A DNA stretch of 32,000 bases from Nostoc sp. PCC 7120 = FACHB-418 (GTDB taxonomy: Bacteria > Cyanobacteriota > Cyanobacteriia > Cyanobacteriales > Nostocaceae): assembly GCF_000009705.1 (NCBI RefSeq), contig NC_003272.1, positions 5,310,001 through 5,342,000 of the forward strand. The letters are read 5' to 3'. The position numbers were made by a program, and so were the translations under genes. Numbering within the stretch: position 1 is the stretch's first letter; every line of letters starts with the position of its first letter. Shown piece by piece: positions 17,998 through 26,085 of this stretch. The notes beneath the pieces are model-generated. The model saw only the letters and a program-made list of their open reading frames with translations, made no database searches and had not been told where the DNA came from.

Positions 17998-18151
17998 TGG
18001 TTTAGATCCTTTTTTTAACGCAGAGTGACGCAAAGGTTGGCGCGGAGGGGCGCGGAGAGTTATGACTTGGCGTGCTTGTGCGTTGGAAAATTTTAATTCC
18101 CATTTGTCACTGTACTATCATGCCACTTAACTTAATATAAAAACTTACGTA

Positions 18152-18187
18152 GCCTAACGCACCTTGTTATGTGGCGGTGCGTTAGGC
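18152..18187 (-). terminator. Candidate terminator hairpin downstream of flv2
   Basis: The stem is a perfect 12 bp: GCCTAACGCACC (18152-18163) / GGTGCGTTAGGC (18176-18187), with a 12-nt loop. It lies 57 nt past the stop at 18244. On the minus strand a U-run follows only after about 8 nt, so support is moderate. Confidence 0.4.
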
Positions 18188-18243
18188 GCTTAAAATATGA
18201 TTCTGTCTTGTAAAATCTTTTAGACAAGATTTCTTTGTTCAAT

Positions 18244-19971
18244 CTAATGGCTACCTGATTTACGATGTTCAACGGCGGTTACACCATCATTTGCCAACAC
18301 TTCTCCTTTATCTACCACAGCATAAATTAACAGTCTGTCACCGCATTCAAGTTGATTTGTGACGGTACATTCCAGGTAAGCTAGTGCTTCGGTGAGAATT
18401 AAACAACCATTATCAGCAGTTTTAGTTTTTAGGTTCGCAAAGGGATTATCCCCTAATGTACTTTGACGGGAAAAATAGCGTCGGACATTTCTGCCTTCTT
18501 TGAGGATATTTAAGACAAATTGATCACCAGTATGACTCATTAAATCTGCATTCTGCTCTTGAGCGATCGCCATCATAATTCCTGGTGGATTAAAGGTTGC
18601 TTGAGATACCCAAGAAGTTAAGATACCTTTGTGGCTTTCTTGGTCACGGGTTGTAACTACACATAGCGAACCAATAATTCTGCCTACTGCTTGTTCAGTA
18701 CGGTCTATTTTGGCTTCGGGAATTACTTGGCGAGGAGTACGTAATTTTTTGTTTTTCTTTAAAGTTTGGGCAAAAGTCGCACCTGCGGCTTGACACTGTT
18801 GCAGAATTTCCGGGGTAGGACTAAAGCGGACTCGAATTGTGTCAAAGCCTAAACGGTAATTGGCATCTTTGAGCTTACTTTCAATTAAATCTATGGCTTC
18901 GCCACTCCAGCCGTAGGAACCGAACACCCCAGCTAACTTAGTTTTTGCCGCCGTTGAGAGGACTATACCTAAGGCTGTTTGAATTTGTGTTGGTGCATGA
19001 CCACCTAAGGTGGGGGAACCGATAATTATGCCATCACAAGCTTCCACAATGCGGGTAATTTCTGCCGTATCTGCAAGTTCACAGTTGACGGATTGGACAT
19101 TAACATCGTTTTGAACCAAACCTTGAGCGATCGCATTCGCTAAAATGCCAGTATTCCCATAAGCAGAAGTATAAAGCAGCGCCACATTTAAATCTTGAGA
19201 TTTCTGTCCTTGACACCATTGACGGTAATCATAAGTAAAACGACTGAGGCTATAACGCACCACAGGGCCATGACCAGGAGCATAACTTCTAGCCCCCAGC
19301 ATGACTACTTTATCTAAAGCTGCTTCAACTTGTTTGGCTTGGGGTGCATGGAGACAGTCAAAGTAATAATGGCGTTCCGCGTCTAATTTTTTCCAGTCTT
19401 CATCAAATAAAGTATCTTCGCAGATATGAGCGCCAAAAAACTTGTCTGTGTAGAGAATCTTCGTGGCTGAGTCGTAGGTAAACAAACCATCCGGCCAACG
19501 AGGAGTAGGCGCGGTGACAAATGTGAGTTGATGTCCTTGTCCTAAGTCGAGAATATCTTCAAAGCGTACCGCTTGAATGCGTGATTCCCATTCAGGAAAA
19601 GCTGTTTTCAAGGCGTTAGCCGCAGGACGAGAACAAATTAAGGTAGCTTGTGGTGCTTTGGAGAGTAATTCTTGTAGGGTAACTCGGCGGTTGGGGTTGA
19701 CATGACCGAGAATAATGTAATCCAGAGTAGTGAAATCGAGATATTGGGCTAGTTGTTCTAAATAAATTGCCGTAAAGGATTCACCAGGAGGGTCAATTAA
19801 GGCTTTTTTATCAGCTTGGATAAGATAGGAATTTGCCGTAGTTCCTCGTTGGCGGGAATACTCAACTTCAAATTTTAGACGCTCCCAAGTGCGCGATCGC
19901 AAAATCAGGGTATGTTCACCAATATCTGCAACTTGTACATCTCTAGGACGGCTGGAAGTCGCAATAGTCAT
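18244..19971 (-). CDS. flv2: Flavodiiron protein, Flv2 type (FlvA cluster, non-canonical diiron ligands)
   Basis: 575-aa ORF with three domains: metallo-beta-lactamase-like, flavodoxin-like and a C-terminal flavin-reductase-like domain. The canonical HxExDH ligand motif is replaced by GHVNPNRR. It is the last gene of a flv4 / small membrane protein / flv2 arrangement. Confidence 0.85.
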   Translation of the reverse strand: MTIATSSRPRDVQVADIGEHTLILRSRTWERLKFEVEYSRQRGTTANSYLIQADKKALIDPPGESFTAIYLEQLAQYLDFTTLDYIILGHVNPNRRVTLQELLSKAPQATLICSRPAANALKTAFPEWESRIQAVRFEDILDLGQGHQLTFVTAPTPRWPDGLFTYDSATKILYTDKFFGAHICEDTLFDEDWKKLDAERHYYFDCLHAPQAKQVEAALDKVVMLGARSYAPGHGPVVRYSLSRFTYDYRQWCQGQKSQDLNVALLYTSAYGNTGILANAIAQGLVQNDVNVQSVNCELADTAEITRIVEACDGIIIGSPTLGGHAPTQIQTALGIVLSTAAKTKLAGVFGSYGWSGEAIDLIESKLKDANYRLGFDTIRVRFSPTPEILQQCQAAGATFAQTLKKNKKLRTPRQVIPEAKIDRTEQAVGRIIGSLCVVTTRDQESHKGILTSWVSQATFNPPGIMMAIAQEQNADLMSHTGDQFVLNILKEGRNVRRYFSRQSTLGDNPFANLKTKTADNGCLILTEALAYLECTVTNQLECGDRLLIYAVVDKGEVLANDGVTAVEHRKSGSH

Positions 19972-20039
19972 ATTTAATTCTCCTTTAAAGATTGGTGGGT
20001 GATTAGATACCCGACTTCTTCAAGAAGTCGAATATCTAG

Positions 20040-20537
20040 CTAATCTCGTCCATTTGCCTGCATTTTTTGATAGCGCTTGGCTATTTGTTGTTCTGGATCA
20101 ATCCCTTCAAAAGTGGGTGGTAGCCAAACTCGCAGAACCAGCAATATTCCCAAAACTAATAAGAAGGCACAAGTCGCTAAAACTTGACTCCAATTAGTTT
20201 CTAGTACACCTTTAACAATGACTTCTCGCAAAGCGGAGACAATAGAAACCTCTACCGCCACGCCTATAGATATGCGTTGTTCTTGGAGGTAGATAATCAG
20301 CAGTCGGAATAACTCGACTAAAATCAGCAGAAACAAAATATCGGCAGTGACAACATGGAAATCTAAAGGCGGTAGCAGGGAAAGAAACATATCCCACACC
20401 TGGATAGCCATGAAGCTAAATAAACCGATACATAAGGAAATCACAATCACATCTTGAATCAATTCCAAGGTGCGGACGATGCGACCCCGATTGATTTCGT
20501 ACGCGGAAATTGGGCTATCTTCTACAGGTTTGTACAT
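20040..20537 (-). CDS. Small membrane protein, Sll0218-like (PsiE-like), middle gene of the flv4-flv2 operon
   Basis: 165-aa ORF with about 4 hydrophobic segments. Its position between the two flv genes matches the known cyanobacterial flv4-sll0218-flv2 operon. Confidence 0.75.
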   Translation of the reverse strand: MYKPVEDSPISAYEINRGRIVRTLELIQDVIVISLCIGLFSFMAIQVWDMFLSLLPPLDFHVVTADILFLLILVELFRLLIIYLQEQRISIGVAVEVSIVSALREVIVKGVLETNWSQVLATCAFLLVLGILLVLRVWLPPTFEGIDPEQQIAKRYQKMQANGRD

Positions 20538-20614
20538 GGGATTGGGGATTAGGGATTGGGGATTGGGGGTTGGGGACTGGGGATTGGGGATTGGGTATTG
20601 GGGATTGGGAATTT
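20538..20614. repeat. STRR1-like tandem heptamer array (GGGGATT / AATCCCC), 11 units
   Basis: Read directly: gggattg gggatta gggattg gggattg ggggttg gggactg gggattg gggattg ggtattg gggattg ggaattt. The array abuts the ATG of the Sll0218-like gene (20535-20537). Confidence 0.9.
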
Positions 20615-20671
20615 CTCCCCCTGCCTCCCTTGCTTTTTCTCAATCTCTATTCCCTAGTCCCCAGTGCTTAA

Positions 20672-22402
20672 TTAGTAATGATTACCAACTTTGCGATGAT
20701 GAACGGCTGTCATGGCATGGACATTGGCAACTCTGCCAACGTGAACAGTGCTGTAGATAATCCAATGGTCACCACAATCCATACGACTGGTGATTTCGCA
20801 TTCCGTGTAAGCTAGGGATTCTGCAAGAATGGGGGAACCGTCGGTGGCTGGATAAGTTTTGATGCCTGCAAAGCGGTCTGCACCAGGGGCAAAGCGTTTG
20901 AGGAAATGTTTCATCAATCCTTGATAGTTATCTTCTTCCAGAACATTCAAAACAAAGTGATCGCCTACCTGCATTAAGGATTCAATGGCGCGTTCTTTGG
21001 AGACTGCAATGGCTACTCCCAAAGGATTTAGGCTAGCTTGTGTCACCCATGAGGCGAACATGGCACCTTGAATTTCTCCTTTTTTGGTAGTGATGATATA
21101 TAAGCCGGTGCTAATCCGTCCTAAGGCTTTCTCTAAGTCGGTGTTGATGGATTTAATTTGTTTGATGGTGCGATCGCGTGTTAACCATTGCCCTATATCT
21201 GTACCAGCTTCTTCACAAAGTTGTTCTGTGGTTTGTGCGGGAGCTTCTTTAATTAAAATTGGTGGGAAAGCTTCAACTAATCCCAATTCTTGAAACTTAT
21301 TTCGTAAAGGAAAAACAGGTTCATCTTCTCCGCCACCAGACTCTAATAAACCTATGGCCTGTTTATGATGTACAGCCGCCAAGATAGTATTTAATGCTGC
21401 TTGGGCTGTCAGTGAATATTGTGATGGCATGGCGATGACTAAGCCAGATGCTTGAGTAACTAATTCTCTTACTTCTTGTGGTTCAGCAGTATTTAAGTCA
21501 ATTAATTCTACCGCCACACCTGTTTTAGTACATCCATGCCCCAAAATATGTACTAAATGTTCACTATAGCCATAATCTTCAGCATAAAACAAAGCAACTA
21601 ATGTCTCTGTTTTAGCTTGTTCTAAACTCCAGTTTTTATACCTGCCTAACCATTCAGAAATATGCACTTGTAGTAGAGGCCCGTGTCCTGTAGCTACTGT
21701 TTTAATTGCTAAGTTTTCAATGCGTTTTAAAGCTGCCAACACAGACCTAGCGTTCGGCCCCATCAGACAATCATAGTAATATTTAAAATCTTCTTCAATG
21801 GCGAAGAAATTTTCATCATAAGTCTGATCATCGCAATAGTGCATTCCAAACACATCACAGGTGTAGAGAATTCCTGTTTTGTGGTCATAAGTCAAAATTG
21901 TATCTGGCCAATGTAAATTAGGTGCAGAGACAAATTCCAAGCTGTGACCATTACCTAAATCTAAGCGTTCTCCACTTTTCACCTGTAGGGATTTGAATGG
22001 TTGGTGAACCATATTTTCTAAAAATTGAATTGCGACTTTAGCCCCAACAATAGTGATATTAGGAGCTAATTGCAAAATATCTTTCACTAAGCCGCTATGG
22101 TCTGGTTCTGTGTGACTAACAATCAAATAATCTATTGTGTTTGGGTCGATTAATCCGGCAACTATCTCTAGATAGAGTTTCTCAAACTTGCGGTGTGAAG
22201 TGTCAACTAAAGCAATTTTTTCACCTTTAATTAAGAAAGAATTATATGTGGTGCCATTGCGTAAGCCAAATTCAATATCGAAACGCTCTCGATCCCAATC
22301 CAAACAGCGAATAGCAGTTGTTTCATCTGCAATTTCCACAGTTTGCACTGTCAAACGTCCTATGTTGGCATTAGCTTGTGTATCTTCGGTGAGTGCAACC
22401 AT
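20672..22402 (-). CDS. flv4: Flavodiiron protein, Flv4 type (FlvB cluster, canonical diiron ligands)
   Basis: 576-aa ORF with the same three-domain layout as flv2. It retains the canonical ligand motif SHTEPDHSG. It is the first gene of the operon. Confidence 0.85.
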   Translation of the reverse strand: MVALTEDTQANANIGRLTVQTVEIADETTAIRCLDWDRERFDIEFGLRNGTTYNSFLIKGEKIALVDTSHRKFEKLYLEIVAGLIDPNTIDYLIVSHTEPDHSGLVKDILQLAPNITIVGAKVAIQFLENMVHQPFKSLQVKSGERLDLGNGHSLEFVSAPNLHWPDTILTYDHKTGILYTCDVFGMHYCDDQTYDENFFAIEEDFKYYYDCLMGPNARSVLAALKRIENLAIKTVATGHGPLLQVHISEWLGRYKNWSLEQAKTETLVALFYAEDYGYSEHLVHILGHGCTKTGVAVELIDLNTAEPQEVRELVTQASGLVIAMPSQYSLTAQAALNTILAAVHHKQAIGLLESGGGEDEPVFPLRNKFQELGLVEAFPPILIKEAPAQTTEQLCEEAGTDIGQWLTRDRTIKQIKSINTDLEKALGRISTGLYIITTKKGEIQGAMFASWVTQASLNPLGVAIAVSKERAIESLMQVGDHFVLNVLEEDNYQGLMKHFLKRFAPGADRFAGIKTYPATDGSPILAESLAYTECEITSRMDCGDHWIIYSTVHVGRVANVHAMTAVHHRKVGNHY

Positions 22403-22702
22403 AGGTTTTCTCCCAAAAAAGTATGATTAAGTGTTAAATATTCTTCTTCTTATATTGAACTGAGAATCCTATTTGGTAAAATGCCAATTCCTGAAGCTAT
22501 TTATTAGTAAAATTTATTATTCACTGAAATTGCATTAGCATTGAAAATAATCAATGTTAATCATTGATAAGCTAATGCGCGCCTAAATTGCATAACTACT
22601 AACAAGTGCTGTTAACTGTGAACGATCAACAGTCAACAAACCTTACGATGGATTATGCAACTTAAAAGCACAATACCTTATCACTCTCCATAGAATTCAT
22701 CG

Positions 22703-23650
22703 ATGTCATTGACCTTTGTTCCTCCGCCAATACAAAAAATCAATAGTGAGATTGCTAATAATGCTGGTGTAGAAATTTATGTATTACGCCTTGATTTAAT
22801 GCACCCGTGGGTAAACGGTAATAAGTGGTACAAGCTGAAATACAATCTCTTAGAAGCTAAGGAGAAAAGTTACACAAAATTACTCACCTTTGGTGGTGCA
22901 TATTCTAATCACATCTTCGCTACTGCCGCAGCAGGTAATCTTTTAGGATTCCAGACTATTGGTATAATTCGTGGGGAAGAAACCTTACCCTTAAATCCCA
23001 CACTAAGTTTTGCAACGCAACAAGGTATGCAGCTTGTCTATGTGGACAGGGAAACCTATCGACAACGAAACAGCACCACATTACACACAGACCTAAGGAA
23101 ACGCTTTGGTGAGGTATTTATCATTCCAGAAGGTGGTAGTAATTTGAATGGTGTGCGTGGTTGTCTAGAAATAATAAGTGCCGCAACACAAGTATTTGAT
23201 ATTGTTTGTGTAGCTTGTGGTACAGCCACCACCCTAGCAGGTATCGCTCTGGCACTGGAACCTCAGCAACGTGTGATTGGTTTTCCTGTCTTAAAAAATG
23301 GGGGTTTTTTAGCACAGGATATTGCTCAGTTAATGAAGAATTATGTCGCGGCGGGGTTGCCCATTTCATCTAGTTCTCCCGCCTCTTGGGAATTAGTTTG
23401 CGATTACCATTTTGGCGGTTACGCCAAGGTGAAAGATGATCTCATACTGTTCAGTCACCAGTTTACCCAAAGCTACGGCGTACCTCTTGATTACGTGTAT
23501 ACAGCGAAAATGTTTTACGGCGTAATGGACTTGTTAAAGCAAAGATATTTTACGAAAGGTGATGGTCTCCGACCGACCGTAGGTCATCGTATCTTAATGA
23601 TTCACACGGGTGGCTTACAGGGAAATATCGGGATGAGTGAACGATTGTAA
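22703..23650 (+). CDS. PLP-dependent enzyme of the ACC deaminase / D-cysteine desulfhydrase family
   Basis: 315-aa ORF. The GNKWYKL motif corresponds to the GNKxRKL PLP-lysine region. The sequences FGGAYSNH and EGGSN are typical of the family. Confidence 0.7.
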   Translation: MSLTFVPPPIQKINSEIANNAGVEIYVLRLDLMHPWVNGNKWYKLKYNLLEAKEKSYTKLLTFGGAYSNHIFATAAAGNLLGFQTIGIIRGEETLPLNPTLSFATQQGMQLVYVDRETYRQRNSTTLHTDLRKRFGEVFIIPEGGSNLNGVRGCLEIISAATQVFDIVCVACGTATTLAGIALALEPQQRVIGFPVLKNGGFLAQDIAQLMKNYVAAGLPISSSSPASWELVCDYHFGGYAKVKDDLILFSHQFTQSYGVPLDYVYTAKMFYGVMDLLKQRYFTKGDGLRPTVGHRILMIHTGGLQGNIGMSERL

Positions 23651-23785
23651 TGGTTTTGAGGAAATATATTTTCCCGGATTATTTAACATTTGTTTTTCTA
23701 TATTTCATCAGTATAATTACTCTAAAAACTTTAAAACTTTAATGTGCAATATAATAACTCCTGTATTTTCTATTAGGTATTATTT

Positions 23786-24934
23786 ATGTTCCATCGGAGA
23801 AAATTCTTAAGGAGAGCAGGGTACACAACTCTATCTGCTTTCTTGACGATGGGGTTTTTACAAAGGGATAAACAGAGGGATAGCCGTAGTACGGATATTG
23901 CCGCAATCAATACGAATTATCCCTTGCGGCAATTAGCTGCTGCCAAAGGAAAACGCTATGGTGCAGCAGTTGACAGTGAAACTTTAAAAAAATATCCCGA
24001 CTACGCGAAATTAATTGCCCGCGAATGTTCAATTGTGACACCCAACGGCGAATTAAAATGGAATGCCACTGAACCGCAGCCAGGATATTTTACTTTTGAA
24101 GCAGCTGATGCGATCGCTAACTTCTGCCAAAAGCATAACCTGAAAATGCACGGGCATACCCTGTTCTGGAACATGGCAAAACCAGACTGGCTTCCTTATC
24201 CCCCCACCATACCCATGATCGAACGGCACTTTAACGGTGTGATGGGACATTATCGCAATAGTGAAGTTTTAATATCTTGGGATATCGCTAATGAAATTAT
24301 TGCCTACAGTGAAGATGAAGCTAAGGCCTCTACTTACGGCTTACATAAAGGTGTAAAACCAGAATTAATTCGAGATGTATTTTTAATCGCCGCTTCGATT
24401 GATAGCAGCAAGAAGTTTTACTTAAATGATTTCTCCATTGAAGGCGATACCTGGAAATCCAGGTATTTCCTAAAAATGATCGAGTATCTTAAGAATAATG
24501 GCGCGAAGATAGATGGAGCAGGTATCCAGTCTCATCTGTGGTTTTCCACCAATTATCCTTTTGATGAAAAAGGATTTGTTGGTGTTTTAAAAAGGCTCAA
24601 AGAACTGGAAGTTAAACCAGTAATTACCGAACTGGATATTATTATTGACACTCCTCTACCAGACACTATTGAAAAGCTCGATCAAATGGTAGCTGACTCT
24701 TATAAGCGATATCTTGACTTATGCTTCGCTAATGGAGTCGATACCATCATTACCTGGGGTATTACTGATCGTTATAGCTGGATACGTCACCCTGATTGGA
24801 TGCCCCAAAAATTTAAGGCAAATCCCAGCTACCATAAGTTTTTGCGTCCACTTCCCTACGACGAGAATCTGAAACCTAAACTTGCTCGTAAAGCGATCGC
24901 CCAAGCCTTCATAAAGGCTACTTCTTCAAGATGA
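23786..24934 (+). CDS. GH10 endo-1,4-beta-xylanase with a twin-arginine (Tat) signal peptide
   Basis: 382-aa ORF. The N-terminus MFHRRKFLRRAGYTTLSAFL fits the RRxFLK Tat consensus. The GH10 acid/base motif is WDIANE and the nucleophile motif is ITELDI. Confidence 0.8.
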   Translation: MFHRRKFLRRAGYTTLSAFLTMGFLQRDKQRDSRSTDIAAINTNYPLRQLAAAKGKRYGAAVDSETLKKYPDYAKLIARECSIVTPNGELKWNATEPQPGYFTFEAADAIANFCQKHNLKMHGHTLFWNMAKPDWLPYPPTIPMIERHFNGVMGHYRNSEVLISWDIANEIIAYSEDEAKASTYGLHKGVKPELIRDVFLIAASIDSSKKFYLNDFSIEGDTWKSRYFLKMIEYLKNNGAKIDGAGIQSHLWFSTNYPFDEKGFVGVLKRLKELEVKPVITELDIIIDTPLPDTIEKLDQMVADSYKRYLDLCFANGVDTIITWGITDRYSWIRHPDWMPQKFKANPSYHKFLRPLPYDENLKPKLARKAIAQAFIKATSSR

Positions 24935-25040
24935 CTCAAATAGGTGCTATGTATTTGCTAGATAATAGCCTTCGCAAAAGCAGCTTCTTCAAATCCATGC
25001 AAATAGGTACTGCTTATTTGCTAGATAGTAGCTTTCATAT
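24917..25040 (+). repeat. Imperfect tandem duplication with a period of about 63 bp, spanning the xylanase stop codon
   Basis: Unit 1 starts at about 24917 (gctacttcttcaagatgactcaaataggtgctatgtatttgctagataatagccttc). Unit 2 starts at about 24980 (gcagcttcttcaaatccatgcaaataggtactgcttatttgctagatagtagctttc). Identity is roughly 80% by eye. Confidence 0.7.
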
Positions 25041-25252
25041 TGGACTCTAGCTTAAGGTGAGTCTCCAAACAAATCACACCTATGGGAAGGGCGAAAGAAC
25101 ACTTGCTGCTTTCTTAGTAGTTCGACGAAACATAACCCCAAATCCTTTTCTTGCAGCACCAATTCTCGATGAAGATGCGCTTAATTATTTTATAACTAGC
25201 GAAGGCGTTGCGTAAGATAGGTAAAATAGGGAGGAATTTAGGTGTTGTACTG

Positions 25253-25440
25253 TGCATTTTTCCATACTGTGAGTCTATGGAAATTAGAAAAAACCGAAAG
25301 CGAAGAGGTAAACAGAATTACATTTGTATTAAATGTGGTTGTCAGTCAATTTATTGATGTTTATAAGTCCACCAAAAAGGTACTCAGATGAAGTGAAACA
25401 AAGTTGTTTACGCTCATACGTCAAAGTTATTCGACAATAA
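25253..25440 (+). pseudogene. Relic of the N-terminal part of an IS1-family (InsA-type zinc finger) transposase gene
   Basis: Translation gives C.FPYCESMEIRKNRKRRGKQNYICIKCGCQ, then after a frame change QFIDVYKS, then after another frame change PPKRYSDEVKQSCLRSYVK. This matches my recollection of the CxxC...GKQxYxCxxCG...YSDEVK pattern of IS1-type InsA proteins. The gene is truncated after about 60 codons, and I saw no inverted repeats. Confidence 0.5.
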
Positions 25441-25448
25441 CCAACAAA

Positions 25449-25473
25449 AAAGGCTTGGTCGAGCCAAGCCTTT
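25449..25473 (-). terminator. Intrinsic terminator T3 (minus strand)
   Basis: The stem GGCTTGG / CCAAGCC is extended by A:T pairs and has a 5-nt loop. On the minus strand it is followed by TTTTTTG. Confidence 0.65.
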
Positions 25474-25598
25474 ATGTATACCAAGCATTTACTACACCAA
25501 GCTTAATTTAAACCCTCTAGAACTTTAGTTCATCTGCCCTTAGACTGTATGCAAATTCTTGCAAACCTGATATGAACTGGCATCTTTACATACAAAAA

Positions 25599-25621
25599 AG
25601 GCTTGGCTTAACACCAAACCT
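25599..25621 (-). terminator. Intrinsic terminator T2 (minus strand)
   Basis: The minus strand reads AGGTTTGG-TGTTAAG-CCAAGCCT followed by TTTTTTG. The stem is 8 bp including one G:U pair. Confidence 0.6.
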
Positions 25622-25782
25622 CCGTAATTGCTGTGCTTAACAACGTACTAAATTAATTTAAACTGAATTTTTATCCTTATCATCTTCCTTTAGTATGTGT
25701 TGCCCAAAAACAAAAAAATGATGAGTAGTTTTGATTTTTCAGGAAAATATTTTTGATCAATAATGAATATTTTAAATATAAA

Positions 25783-25813
25783 ATAGAGGCTTGAATAATA
25801 TTTCAGCCTCTAT
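25783..25813 (-). terminator. Intrinsic terminator T1 (minus strand), probably the end of the rnb transcript
   Basis: The stem is 9 bp, ATAGAGGCT / AGCCTCTAT, with 3 further pairs across a bulge. On the minus strand it is followed by TTTATATTT. It lies about 270 nt downstream of the rnb stop. Confidence 0.6.
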
Positions 25814-26085
25814 ATTTACCAGGTGTTTACCATATATCTCTAATTTATTCCTTTATCGATAATAGTTCATCTATCGAATTGGTGTATACAAAAAGTTAAG
25901 AATTTGGTAAGCATCAAACATAGCCATACAAAATAATAGTTTTGTCTCTTGCTATCTCAAGCTCAACGAACAAATGGTATGATTTTGACCAAAAATCACT
26001 CAACAATAGGCGAGGTCAGACTAACCCCCACCCGTTCCGAAGTAGGGGAGCGCGCCTCACAAGTGGTTCAAATTGCTAATGTGGT

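Noticed and set aside
16657-18033. The upstream ATG at 18033 as the start of the FAD oxidoreductase
   Set aside because: The internal ATG at 17997 has a better-placed AAGGA, and the 12 extra residues (MRHSALKKGSKP) look like translated leader. The longer form cannot be excluded.
20470-20760. 96-aa plus-strand ORF ([25 protein letters not shown]...)
   Set aside because: It is a translation artefact of the GGGGATT heptamer array, and it overlaps the ends of two real minus-strand genes.
25990-26085. GC-rich patch with GGTTCAAAT-like and CTTCGG-like strings just 3' of rnb, considered as a tRNA, tmRNA or other structured RNA gene
   Set aside because: I could not build a cloverleaf or acceptor stem, and only short, interrupted pairings are present. 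It remains unexplained and is not callable.
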